A DNA stretch of 64,000 nt. Source: Desulfatiglandales bacterium (GTDB taxonomy: Bacteria > Desulfobacterota > DSM-4660 > Desulfatiglandales > Desulfatiglandaceae). The notes under the pieces were generated by a model. The model worked only from the letters and a program-made list of their open reading frames with translations, had not been told where the DNA came from and ran no database searches. A program made the position numbers and the translations under genes. Position 1 is the stretch's first letter. Each line of letters opens with the position of its first letter. Location of the stretch: NCBI GenBank assembly GCA_963662465.1, contig OY759599.1:7936001-8000000 (forward strand), in the 5' to 3' direction. This document shows, piece by piece, positions 1-9,523 of the stretch.

Positions 1-616
1 TGAAAAAAAGAAAGTTTCCAATTTATCAAACAAATCCAATATTTTATATCAAAATGCTGTTTTTTTATAAAATAATAAATAATTGAAAATTTTAGTAAAA
101 TTTTTCTGAAAGCAAATGTAATACCTGTAGAAATGCCCCCTTCAATATCATTATCGTCTTGACTATGCTCCTCATTTTTGGGTATCCTTAAATTATCTGC
201 ATGGTGAGTTCATGTGATTATTTGATCATTTTTCTGTTGGTAATTGTTGCTATGGGAGTAAATATTATGAGGCTCGATAGATTTGGAGGCATCCATATGA
301 AAATTCTCGCTAAGTTGGATGTAAATTACAAGTATTTGCTGGTAAAGAATGCTTCCCCCGATTGAAAAAAGTAAGGCGAGCGCGTAGTACCTGTATTTTT
401 AAAGTCCTAAAATAACTAACCTTACCAGATGGCAGGGATCATGCGAGTTGTTCAAAAAACCCCTAGCTTAACGCGGGAAAACCTTTCCCGGTTTTTTAAC
501 CGGTATTTCCTCACGCCGCGGGCGCCGCCTCCTTTGCGTTTCCCACCTTTCCATTTTTGGACAGAGCGTAAAGCGCATTTTCCGCAAAATTTTTAAATGA
601 ACGTGAGGAGGCAGAC

Positions 617-2299
617 ATGAACAAGACAATCAAAATTAAACTTTTTACCCTGGCCCTGTTTGCGGCCTTTTTCTGTTTTTCCGCCGGCCACGCACTGGCA
701 ACCTACCCGGCGCCCCAGTTCAAAACGTCAATGGTGTTTTCTTTTCTAAACGATGACGGAACTTCGGGAACCTTTTTCTTCGCAAGGGTCAGCGGTCCTT
801 CGCCGGAGGACATTACCGCATTAACGGTGACCGGGCCTTCGGGAACATTCAATCTGGTTCCCGGACTTTCTTTTAAGGACCTCGGCATGATCTATTATTA
901 TGCACAGGGTTTGGTGGTGGACGATGGCACTTACACCTTCAGTGTCACGGACAGTCAAGGCCGTACGGCCACAATAGATGACTCGTTTGCCTACATGGAT
1001 TCATTGCCCCAAGTGGATTCCACCACCATGAGTCCGGCCATGGGGTCGTATGTGGGGACCACCACGCCGACACTCAGCGCCTCTTCGGTCAGTGGCGATT
1101 ACCGCTATGAGATCATGGTGTGGGATATGGACGGAAGAGCCATGTGGTTCCATGGCACCAACCTCAGAAAACCTACCATCACCATTCCCTCGGGTGTACT
1201 TCTGCCCAACATGGCGTATCGCTGGGCGGTGCGTGTGTGGGACGTGGCGCGGGAGAATTATCACGAAAGCAAACCCTTGTATTTTTATACCGGCACCAAA
1301 GGGGATCCGGTATTAAATATGGCGGGTGTTTTATCCTATCCCTTGCCCACGGGTATCTCCAATGTGGCATATGGTCGCGGCATTAACACGGCGCCCTGGG
1401 ATATTGCGGCGTTTACGGTGACCGGCCAGGATGAGGCGGTCTACAATCTTGCCGCCACAAGGGCTGTCAGTTTTCAGATGCCGGCCTGGAACTATGCATT
1501 CGTGATGCAGAATCCCCCGGCCTCCATACCGGATGGCGCCTATGTATATACATTTACGGATAAATCCGGAAAAACCGCTACCACAAGCGTAAACTATACC
1601 TACAATGCCATTCCCGAGTTTTCAGCCGATGAGCGGGTACCGGAAAACAATGCCTACTTTGATACGCAGCGGCCCACCTTCAGCTGGGGCCGTGTATCGG
1701 GGGACCCCGGAGACGGCAGCTATCTTTACTCGGTACGCATTACCGATTATACAACCGGGATCAGGTGGTATGATTCCCCGCGAAGCCCCGTGACCTCTTA
1801 CACGCTTCCCAACGGGCTGAATCTGCCCAAAGGGAGTTCCTATAAATGGATGGTGACGGTCTATGACGCGGCCAACAACAACTACAGGGGAACGGATTAC
1901 CGCATCTTTACCATCAACGGCCCCACTTATCCGGTGTGCGACATTAAAGCCAATGGATCGGATGGTCCGATTGTGGTCTCCTCCTCGGAACAGGTTCTGA
2001 TCTCCATTGAGCTGGATCCCGGTGAGTATGTGGGGCAGAACGCGGACTGGTGGGTGAGTGCCTACACGCCCTTTGATCCCCCCGCCAACTGGTATTCCTA
2101 TGTCTATCCGGGTACCTGGAAACCGGGAATTTTCATGTTCGCCAACTGGCAACTCTTTTCACTGTTTCCTCCGGCCGATGTGTTGTATTTGAATCTGCCT
2201 GTGGGGATCTACACCTTCTTTTTCGCCGTTGATTATCCCGATGAAACGCCCATGGGACCGTGGCTGATGATGGATTCGGTGAAGGTTCAGGTGCAGTAG
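617..2299 (+). CDS. Secreted beta-rich protein: signal peptide, two tandem ~200-aa Ig/Fn3-like modules and a C-terminal ~125-aa domain shared with the next gene
   Basis: GAGGAG RBS; N-terminal MNKTIKIK followed by a hydrophobic stretch and AGHALA cleavage-like site; internal repeats (DGTYTFSVTD vs DGAYVYTFTD; YRWAVRVWD vs YKWMVTVYD). Confidence 0.8.
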   Translation: MNKTIKIKLFTLALFAAFFCFSAGHALATYPAPQFKTSMVFSFLNDDGTSGTFFFARVSGPSPEDITALTVTGPSGTFNLVPGLSFKDLGMIYYYAQGLVVDDGTYTFSVTDSQGRTATIDDSFAYMDSLPQVDSTTMSPAMGSYVGTTTPTLSASSVSGDYRYEIMVWDMDGRAMWFHGTNLRKPTITIPSGVLLPNMAYRWAVRVWDVARENYHESKPLYFYTGTKGDPVLNMAGVLSYPLPTGISNVAYGRGINTAPWDIAAFTVTGQDEAVYNLAATRAVSFQMPAWNYAFVMQNPPASIPDGAYVYTFTDKSGKTATTSVNYTYNAIPEFSADERVPENNAYFDTQRPTFSWGRVSGDPGDGSYLYSVRITDYTTGIRWYDSPRSPVTSYTLPNGLNLPKGSSYKWMVTVYDAANNNYRGTDYRIFTINGPTYPVCDIKANGSDGPIVVSSSEQVLISIELDPGEYVGQNADWWVSAYTPFDPPANWYSYVYPGTWKPGIFMFANWQLFSLFPPADVLYLNLPVGIYTFFFAVDYPDETPMGPWLMMDSVKVQVQ

Positions 2300-2318
2300 G
2301 GTTTTAAGGTTTTAATAA

Positions 2319-2351
2319 AGGCATCCTTTTGTTCGTTTCAAAAGGATGCCT
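2319..2351 (+). terminator. Intercistronic 13-bp perfect hairpin (terminator or mRNA-stabilising stem)
   Basis: AGGCATCCTTTTG-ttcgttt-CAAAAGGATGCCT followed by gactgttttt. Confidence 0.55.
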
Positions 2352-2374
2352 GACTGTTTTTAAAGGAGGAAAAA

Positions 2375-3703
2375 ATGATTTGTTTAAGACGAATGTTTCT
2401 AGGCTGTATTTTTGCTGTCCTGATTATATTGGGTTGCGGTTCGGCCTGGGCTGCCTACGAAATTGGGCATACCAGCGTGACCTTTACCGATGCAGACCGG
2501 GGGGACCGGGCTGTACCGGCTGAAGTGTATTATCCGGCGGATGAAGCCGGTGAAAATGTTCCGGTTTCATCGGGATATTTTCCTTTGCTTGTGTTTTCAC
2601 ACGGCTGGCAAACACAAATTATGGCCCATAATCCGTACTGGAAGGGGTTGGTTCCCCAGGGATATGTGATGGCTTTTCCAACCACTTACCTGGGCAGTTC
2701 AGTCCCCATGGATGGTTATGCGGCGGATATTTCTTTTCTGTTGAAGGTTTTACTGGAAGACAGGTTAACTGATGATTCAATGTTTTTTGGGCATTTAACA
2801 GATTCGTCGGCTTTGATGGGATATTCCATGGGGGGCGGCGCTTCCTTTATCGCTCAGGACCTGAAGCCTTTGGCGCAAACCATTGTTGCGGTTGCGCCGG
2901 TGGGAACCGTAGCCGGATATGGGTATAGCATGTACGGCACCAACCCTGCGGATGCCGCCAGGGAGGTTACGGCGCCCGTGCTCATCATGGCCGGTGAGTC
3001 AGATTGTATTTGTCCGGTGATGCAGCATCAGACTCGGATTTATAATGCACTCCCATCACGCTTGAAAGCCATGGTGAATATCATGGACGGCAAGCACTGC
3101 GGGTTTTCCGACATTGTCTATAATTACGGTTGTCCTAGTGCCGAAAGCTCATACTGTCCCGGTTCCACGGGCATTCCCGTTGCGCTTCAGCTGGAGATTA
3201 CCCTGGAATATGTTCAGATGTGGTTGGATGCGATTTTAAAGCGACAAAACACAGCATGGAGCGATTTTGAGGCTTCAGCCACGAACGATACCCGCATTGT
3301 GTACGGGGTTTCCGATCCGACGGGACCCGTGTATCCCAGGTGTGACATCAAGGCCGATGGATCGGACGGGACGGTGACGGCTTCCTCCCAGACGCCCGTA
3401 ACCATTGCCATGAGCCTGAATGTGGGGGATTTTAAAGGCCTTGATGCCGACTGGTGGGTGGCGGTGAATACGCCTTTTACCGCTCCCGGCAACTGGTACA
3501 GCCTGGTTCAGGAGGCCGGATGGAAGACGGGTGTGAACGGCTATCTGCAAGGACCCCTTTCCGATATTTCAGACCCTGTGACGGTCTTGAACATGGCACT
3601 CCCCAAAGGAGCCTACACCTTTTATTTCGCCTTGGATAATCCGGACGGCCTCCCCACAGGTCCGTTTCTGGGTCTGGATGCGGTTTCGGTGGCGGTGGAG
3701 TAA
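2375..3703 (+). CDS. Secreted alpha/beta-hydrolase (chlorophyllase/dienelactone hydrolase-like) with the shared C-terminal domain
   Basis: AAGGAGG RBS; signal peptide ending SAWA; VFSHG, nucleophile elbow GYSMGG, Asp in ESDCI, His in GKHCGF. Confidence 0.8.
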   Translation: MICLRRMFLGCIFAVLIILGCGSAWAAYEIGHTSVTFTDADRGDRAVPAEVYYPADEAGENVPVSSGYFPLLVFSHGWQTQIMAHNPYWKGLVPQGYVMAFPTTYLGSSVPMDGYAADISFLLKVLLEDRLTDDSMFFGHLTDSSALMGYSMGGGASFIAQDLKPLAQTIVAVAPVGTVAGYGYSMYGTNPADAAREVTAPVLIMAGESDCICPVMQHQTRIYNALPSRLKAMVNIMDGKHCGFSDIVYNYGCPSAESSYCPGSTGIPVALQLEITLEYVQMWLDAILKRQNTAWSDFEASATNDTRIVYGVSDPTGPVYPRCDIKADGSDGTVTASSQTPVTIAMSLNVGDFKGLDADWWVAVNTPFTAPGNWYSLVQEAGWKTGVNGYLQGPLSDISDPVTVLNMALPKGAYTFYFALDNPDGLPTGPFLGLDAVSVAVE

Positions 3704-3793
3704 CCTAACCGTTTTGTTTTCATGCAGGAGGAATAAAGGGGGTCATTATCCTCTTTTTCTTATAGCACATGGCCTTTACATAAAAAAAAGACT

Positions 3794-5131
3794 TTAGGGC
3801 CGGAGATTGTATTTTCTTATTTTTTTTCGGAGGGTGGGCCTTGTGATCTCCAGGATCTCACAGGCTTGACCCTGGTTCCAGCGGGTATGGGCCAGGGCCT
3901 TGATGATCTGTTCTTTCTCAACTTGGGAGAGGGACTTGATCCGGGCCGAATCCTTATTTTCGGGACGGCGGTCAAACAGGTCCGGAAGACAGTCAGGGAG
4001 TAGTACGGACCCTTTTGAGAGTACCACGGCACGGGTCAGCACGTTCTCCAGTTCCCTCACATTGCCGGGCCATTGGTAATGGATGAGCGCATCCATGACA
4101 TCCTTGGGAATCCGGGTGACCCGTTTATGGAGTTCCGTATTGATTTTGTTCAGTAAATGCTCAACGAGCGGTGGGATGTCCTCTTTTCTGCGGCGTAAGG
4201 GCGGTACATGAATTTCCACCACCTTGAGTCGAAAATAGAGGTCTTCTCGAAATTGTTTTTCTTCGAGCATGCGAGTCAGATCCCTGTTGGTGGCGGCGAT
4301 AATCCTGGCTTTTGACGTGAGCCTTTCTTCGCCTCCCACACGTTCAAATTCCCTTTCCTGTAAGAATCTCAGGAGCTTGACCTGTAAGGCCGAAGAAAGC
4401 TCTCCGATTTCATCCAGCAGGATAGTGCCATCCCTGGCCTGTTCGATCTTTCCTTTTTTTCGCGAGACGGCGCCCGTGAAAGCGCCTTTTTCATGGCCGA
4501 ACAACTCGCTTTCCAGCAATGTCTCCATCAGTGCGGAACAATTGATGGGGACAAACGGCGCGTTTCGAAAGCTGCTGTTGTAGTGAATGGCCTTGGCGAT
4601 CAATTCTTTTCCCGTGCCGCTTTCGCCTTGTATGAGGACCGTTGCCCGGTTGTCCGAGACCATTGCGATGGTCTTATAAATTTGCTGCATGGCCCGGCTT
4701 TTCCCGACGATATTGTCGGGCTTGTAGTCCCTTGAAATTTCCGTGATGAGTTCTTCCAACCGGTGGGTCAGATCGAGATTGTGGGCCACCTTGTCGACAA
4801 CGATCTCCAGTTCATCGGCATCGATCGGTTTTCGGATGTATTCATAAGCCCCTTTTTTCATGGCGGCAATGGTGGTTTCCATGTCATGGAATGCCGTCAT
4901 GATGATGACAGGGGTCTCTTTCCGTTTTTTCTTTAGCTGTTGAAGTACCTGGATGCCGTCCATTTCCGGCAGGCGGATATCGAGGATCACAAGGTCGGGC
5001 TGTTCCCGGTCAAATGCACGGATGGCGGACAATCCGTCTCCGGCGGTGACCACTTCATACCCTTTTCCGAGCATCACCATTTCCAGGGTCTCGCGAATGG
5101 GCTGTTCATCATCAACAATCAGGATTTTCAT
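3794..5131 (-). CDS. Sigma-54-dependent response regulator (NtrC/AtoC family)
   Basis: Receiver ILIVDDE...LDIRLP; Walker A GESGTGKE; GAFTGA; WPGNVRELEN; C-terminal Fis-type HTH. Confidence 0.95.
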   Translation of the reverse strand: MKILIVDDEQPIRETLEMVMLGKGYEVVTAGDGLSAIRAFDREQPDLVILDIRLPEMDGIQVLQQLKKKRKETPVIIMTAFHDMETTIAAMKKGAYEYIRKPIDADELEIVVDKVAHNLDLTHRLEELITEISRDYKPDNIVGKSRAMQQIYKTIAMVSDNRATVLIQGESGTGKELIAKAIHYNSSFRNAPFVPINCSALMETLLESELFGHEKGAFTGAVSRKKGKIEQARDGTILLDEIGELSSALQVKLLRFLQEREFERVGGEERLTSKARIIAATNRDLTRMLEEKQFREDLYFRLKVVEIHVPPLRRRKEDIPPLVEHLLNKINTELHKRVTRIPKDVMDALIHYQWPGNVRELENVLTRAVVLSKGSVLLPDCLPDLFDRRPENKDSARIKSLSQVEKEQIIKALAHTRWNQGQACEILEITRPTLRKKIRKYNLRP

Positions 5132-6990
5132 GGCATGGATGACTCTAAGGGAAACAGAAGTCTGATGCGTACGCCGTATCGAGGCCTACTCGTTACCTGA
5201 ATCCGGCCCTTGTGGGCTTCGATGATTTTTTTTACATTGGGAAGCCCCAGGCCCGCCCCTTTTGTTTTGGTGCTGAAGAAGGGCTCAAATATTTTCCCCA
5301 TGTTTTTAAGGGGGATGCCGCGGCCGCTGTCCTTGATTTCAACCCTGACGGCCTTCTGCCCCAGGCGCATGGAAAAACCGGTGATTACTTCAAGGGTTCC
5401 CCCATGGGGCATGGCGTCTATGGCGTTTAGGATCAGGTTTAAAATCGCCTGCTGCATTTTTTCATAGTCCATTGTCAGGGGCGGAATCGTCCGGGCCGTC
5501 TTTATGACCATGCGAATATTGGCCGCTTCAATTTTATCGCTCAATAACAGGATGCATTTGTCGATGATTTCACGAACGTCACGATTAACTTTATTTAACT
5601 TGACCGGGGCTGAAAAATCAAGGGTATCCTCCAGTATGCGATCGAGCCGCAGAATTTCACCGGAAGCAATTTCAAGACGCCGCTTGTCGAAACCTTCAAG
5701 GTCCAGGTTCCTGGCGAGAATTTGAATATTGGTTTTGATGGCGGAGAGGGGATTCCTGATTTCATGGGCGATATTGGCCGAAAGTTGACCGATTGTGGCC
5801 ATGTGCTTGTTTTCCATGACTTTCCGTTCTGACTCCTGAATGTCCTCGTGCAGCCTTGCACTCTCAATGGCCACGGCAATCTGATTGCCGATCAGCGTCA
5901 TAAGATCAATTTCGTCGCGGTTGAAATGGTGGGGGGTCCGGGTTGCCACCGTCAGCACCCCCACAATCCGATCCTTGTTCATGAGGGGGACGGAGAGAAT
6001 GGATTTGATATTTTCTCTTTTCAATGCCGTTTCAATGGCATGGGGGCATTTTGTGTAATCATCATAAACAACGGCGGTTTTCTGCTGAACCGCCTTGCCT
6101 GAAACGCCTTCCCCCATTTTGAGTCTGCTGACGCTTTTAAAAAAGTCCTGAGAGAACCCTTTCTGTGCCGTGAATACCAACTCCCCCCGGTTTCGATCCA
6201 GAAGGTAAATGCCGACCTGTTTGTCTCCGATGATAGCAGAAAGTTCCCTGATCACGAGATTCAGGATCTCCATCATGCTCCGGGTGTGAATGATGGCCCC
6301 GGAAATCTTATTCAAGGCGGAGAGCTGAATGTTTTTTCGGGTGAGAATCTCCTGCATGCGTTTTTTTTCATTCAACAGGCTCTCAAGATATTCCGCCTTT
6401 TCCTTGATGGTCATGCCCCATTCGGGGGGCGCAATGCCCATTTTTTTCAAGGCGGGTTCCGTGCCGATGATAAATTCGCATTCATCATCTCCCCTGGCAA
6501 TACAGTTGTTTTCCACGGAAATAAGGTTTTGTTTTCCGGAAAAATGTTTCATGAACGACAATAGAACACCGGTGGTATAATGACAAACAGGCGATTCCGA
6601 GTGGCGCTTGTTCTGCAAAAAGGCCCATGCCTCAAAAGTATCCAGGCAGGTAATGCGAACAAACCCTTTGGAAAACGCCAGGTCTCTGATTATGAAATCG
6701 CCGAATCCGGCTTCCGAGAAAATATTGAGCGCTTCCTTTAGCCCGTTCACCGTTCGGTCGAGAATTCCCTTGGCAATGGCGGCGCCGGAAAAAGATTCCG
6801 AATGGCCCGCTTCAAACAACACCCGTCTGGCGGTATCTTCTCCGGCAAACAGCATCATGGAAAGCACGATGTTGACCCAGCTGCCCGAGATGTCCAGCAG
6901 GCACATGCGTGATCCGGATACGTCCAGCCAGCCCCTCTTTTTTTTAGCGATATACTTGCCCTGGTGACTTTTCAAGGCCTGAATTTGCAT
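5128..6990 (-). CDS. Cytoplasmic sensor histidine kinase, V4R-GAF-HisKA-HATPase
   Basis: V4R Cys pattern (PVCH...CIARGDDECEF); GAF (GEGVSG, SVPL); H-box AHEIRNPL; N/G boxes NAIDA, DSGRGI, GAGLGL; no TM segments. Confidence 0.9.
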   Translation of the reverse strand: MQIQALKSHQGKYIAKKKRGWLDVSGSRMCLLDISGSWVNIVLSMMLFAGEDTARRVLFEAGHSESFSGAAIAKGILDRTVNGLKEALNIFSEAGFGDFIIRDLAFSKGFVRITCLDTFEAWAFLQNKRHSESPVCHYTTGVLLSFMKHFSGKQNLISVENNCIARGDDECEFIIGTEPALKKMGIAPPEWGMTIKEKAEYLESLLNEKKRMQEILTRKNIQLSALNKISGAIIHTRSMMEILNLVIRELSAIIGDKQVGIYLLDRNRGELVFTAQKGFSQDFFKSVSRLKMGEGVSGKAVQQKTAVVYDDYTKCPHAIETALKRENIKSILSVPLMNKDRIVGVLTVATRTPHHFNRDEIDLMTLIGNQIAVAIESARLHEDIQESERKVMENKHMATIGQLSANIAHEIRNPLSAIKTNIQILARNLDLEGFDKRRLEIASGEILRLDRILEDTLDFSAPVKLNKVNRDVREIIDKCILLLSDKIEAANIRMVIKTARTIPPLTMDYEKMQQAILNLILNAIDAMPHGGTLEVITGFSMRLGQKAVRVEIKDSGRGIPLKNMGKIFEPFFSTKTKGAGLGLPNVKKIIEAHKGRIQVTSRPRYGVRIRLLFPLESSMP

Positions 6991-7014
6991 TTTTTTGTTG
7001 ATGGCGTACTCCTT

Positions 7015-9303
7015 CTACTGCATGCACACGCGCCGCACCTGGGAAAAGTCCGTCAGACCCAGACAGACTTTTCGGATGCCTTCCTGCATGAGGGTGGTCA
7101 TGCCGTCCTTTATGGCCTGGGTTTTCAGCTCTTTGACTTTTGAATGGTTCTGAACCATTGTCTTGATGTCATCCGTACCCACCAGTAGTTCATGAATAGC
7201 TGTCCTTCCCGCATAGCCGGTGTGGCCGCATTTTGAACAACCCTTGGGTTTATAGAGGACGAAATCGTCGCCATAGGCGTATCCAAGTCGGTCGAAATCG
7301 CCCTCATAGGCCCTGACCAGGGCATCGAATTCGCTTTTTTCGGGATGGTAGGTTTCCTTGCAGTCCTTGCAAAGGGTTCGGACCAGCCGTTGTGCCAGGA
7401 CCCCCAGCAGGGCATCCGCGAAATTAAAGGGGTCCATGCCCATGTCCAGCAGCCGGGTGATGGTTTCAGGCGCGCTGTTGGTATGAAGGGTGCTCAGGAC
7501 CAGATGACCGGTCAGCGACGCTTCAATCCCCATGGTGACGGTTTCCTTGTCGCGCATTTCACCCACCATGATCACGTCCGGGTCCGCCCTCAGAAAGGCC
7601 CGCATGGCGGTGGCGAAATTGAATCCGATTTTTGGAATGACCTGGACCTGGCGAAGCCCTTCCTGGGTGATTTCCACGGGGTCCTCGGCGGTCCAGATCT
7701 TGGTTTCGGGTTTGTTGATATAGCCCATGGCCGCGTGAAGGGTGGTGGTTTTGCCGCTTCCCGTGGGTCCCACCACCAGTACGATGCCGTAAGGCTGGGA
7801 AATCATTTCCACAAAGGATTGATAGCACGAATCGCTCATCCCCATCTTGTTTAAGGGAAGCGGTTTGCCGGCGGCCAGCAGCCTCAATACCACGTCCTCG
7901 TTGTTTCCGGCGGTGGGGATGGTGGCCACGCGGAGTTCAATGTCCAGGGGGGCATATTTCTTGAATTTGATTTTGCCGTCCTGGGGTTTGCGTCTTTCGG
8001 AAATGTCCAGATCGCTCATGATTTTAAGGCGGGAGATGATGGCCCTTTTGAAGGTGTAGGGAATGGTCTGGTATACCTGGCAGGCCCCGTCGATTCGGAA
8101 CCGGATCACGGTATTCTTTTTGCCCGGGCGGGGTTCCACATGAATGTCGGAAGCTTTTCGGGTATAGGCGTCGATAATGGTCTTGTTGATCAGCTGAACG
8201 ATGGCCCGGTCGTCCTCGGCCACCCCCTCGTTTTCATCGGGTTCGTCGTCTTCCTCGGATTTCAATTGGCCTAAAATGTCCTCAATGCTTCCCGAATCCA
8301 CAATGAGTTCCTTGCCGCTCCCCACAAAGAAATGATCGATCATTTTAAAGATATCTTCACGGATGGAGACGCAGTACTCTGGTTCTTTTTTTTGAATGAT
8401 CCGTTTGATGATATCCCGCACCGGAAGATAGTTGGGGTTTTCCATGACCACGGCAATTTTGCCTTCCGCCTCACTGATAGGGACAAACCCATGGGTTTTG
8501 AAAAAACTCGCCTTAAAATCCTTGAGCAGTTCCCCCGGTGTGACCATGTTGTCGTCGTAAGGGATAAAGCGGGTTTTGTAATGATCCGACAAGGAATTGC
8601 CGATAACATCTTTTGAGATTTTAAAATCAGACATCAAAACCGCTTCAGCGCTTTTTCCGGTCTTTCTGGCAAGGGTGATGGCTTCGCTGATTTCCTTCTC
8701 CGATATAATGCCGTTGGAGATCAGGAACTGAAACTTTGTGGGTTTGGCGGTTTGTGCGGCCTTCTGGTTTTTGTAGATGGCAATGCCCATCACTTTTGAA
8801 ATATCCAGTACCGCCGCCTGGTCCGCCTGGTTGAAGCATTTCCCGTTTTTTTTGTTGATGAGTTGAATGACGCCTAACAGGAAGCGCTCATAAATCACCG
8901 GCGCCACCAGTACCTGCTTTGTGCAATAACCCGTTTTTTCATCCCAGCTGCGGTCAAATGTCAGGTTCGAATTAATGCTCTCGAGTTCATCTGCGTTTCG
9001 AACATCCTTTATATTGAGAAGCTTACCCGTGGCGGCACAATATCCGGAAAGGCTTTTGAGGTTGATGGGCACCCGAATTTCTATGGGTTCTTCTCCGGTT
9101 TTTATTTTTGAGTAGATTTCTCTTTTTGCGGTATCCACCACATAGATTGTCAATCGATCCGCATCAAAAAAAGTCAAAAGATCACTGTGAAGTTTCAGTA
9201 AAATGTCATTGGTGTCTTTGGCGGAATGAATTTTGGTCGTAATTTCATTTAGCTTTTTCTGGTAATTGAGCTGTTCTTCAAGACTTTTTTCCCGAATGTC
9301 CAT
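7015..9303 (-). CDS. GspE/PilB-family secretion ATPase with N-terminal GAF domain
   Basis: Walker A GPTGSGKTT; EDPVE; Walker B MVGEMRD; His box TGHLVLSTLHTN; Zn motif CKDC...CSKC; N-terminal GAF with NK...F...D motif. Confidence 0.92.
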   Translation of the reverse strand: MDIREKSLEEQLNYQKKLNEITTKIHSAKDTNDILLKLHSDLLTFFDADRLTIYVVDTAKREIYSKIKTGEEPIEIRVPINLKSLSGYCAATGKLLNIKDVRNADELESINSNLTFDRSWDEKTGYCTKQVLVAPVIYERFLLGVIQLINKKNGKCFNQADQAAVLDISKVMGIAIYKNQKAAQTAKPTKFQFLISNGIISEKEISEAITLARKTGKSAEAVLMSDFKISKDVIGNSLSDHYKTRFIPYDDNMVTPGELLKDFKASFFKTHGFVPISEAEGKIAVVMENPNYLPVRDIIKRIIQKKEPEYCVSIREDIFKMIDHFFVGSGKELIVDSGSIEDILGQLKSEEDDEPDENEGVAEDDRAIVQLINKTIIDAYTRKASDIHVEPRPGKKNTVIRFRIDGACQVYQTIPYTFKRAIISRLKIMSDLDISERRKPQDGKIKFKKYAPLDIELRVATIPTAGNNEDVVLRLLAAGKPLPLNKMGMSDSCYQSFVEMISQPYGIVLVVGPTGSGKTTTLHAAMGYINKPETKIWTAEDPVEITQEGLRQVQVIPKIGFNFATAMRAFLRADPDVIMVGEMRDKETVTMGIEASLTGHLVLSTLHTNSAPETITRLLDMGMDPFNFADALLGVLAQRLVRTLCKDCKETYHPEKSEFDALVRAYEGDFDRLGYAYGDDFVLYKPKGCSKCGHTGYAGRTAIHELLVGTDDIKTMVQNHSKVKELKTQAIKDGMTTLMQEGIRKVCLGLTDFSQVRRVCMQ

Positions 9304-9450
9304 TGATGCAAAATCCTTTGAATAGGCGTTTCTTTAAAAAGAAAGTATAGATCAATGAATAATTGAGTCAAGAAGAAAGAAATCAGAATATCAGTTTGCG
9401 TGCGAATCGGTTGGGATTTAAAGTTGCCATGGCTCACATCCATTAAGACA

Positions 9451-9480
9451 TTGACATTTTCAAATAGATTCGATCAGAAT
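9451..9480 (+). promoter_or_regulatory. Putative sigma-70 promoter for the decarboxylase operon
   Basis: TTGACA-18 nt-CAGAAT, 43 nt upstream of the ATG. Confidence 0.4.
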
Positions 9481-9523
9481 GGAAACGATTTCAAGAATGT
9501 CGTAACTTCAAGGAGGACCCAAT

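Noticed and set aside
1..616. AT-rich leader with small hairpins, as a possible riboswitch or ncRNA
   Set aside because: No recognisable aptamer consensus; cannot be supported without an Rfam search
2300..2315. GGTTTTAAGGTTTTAA after a TAG stop as a fourth copy of the hairpin element
   Set aside because: It resembles only the tail and lacks the GTGYCTGAACG stem
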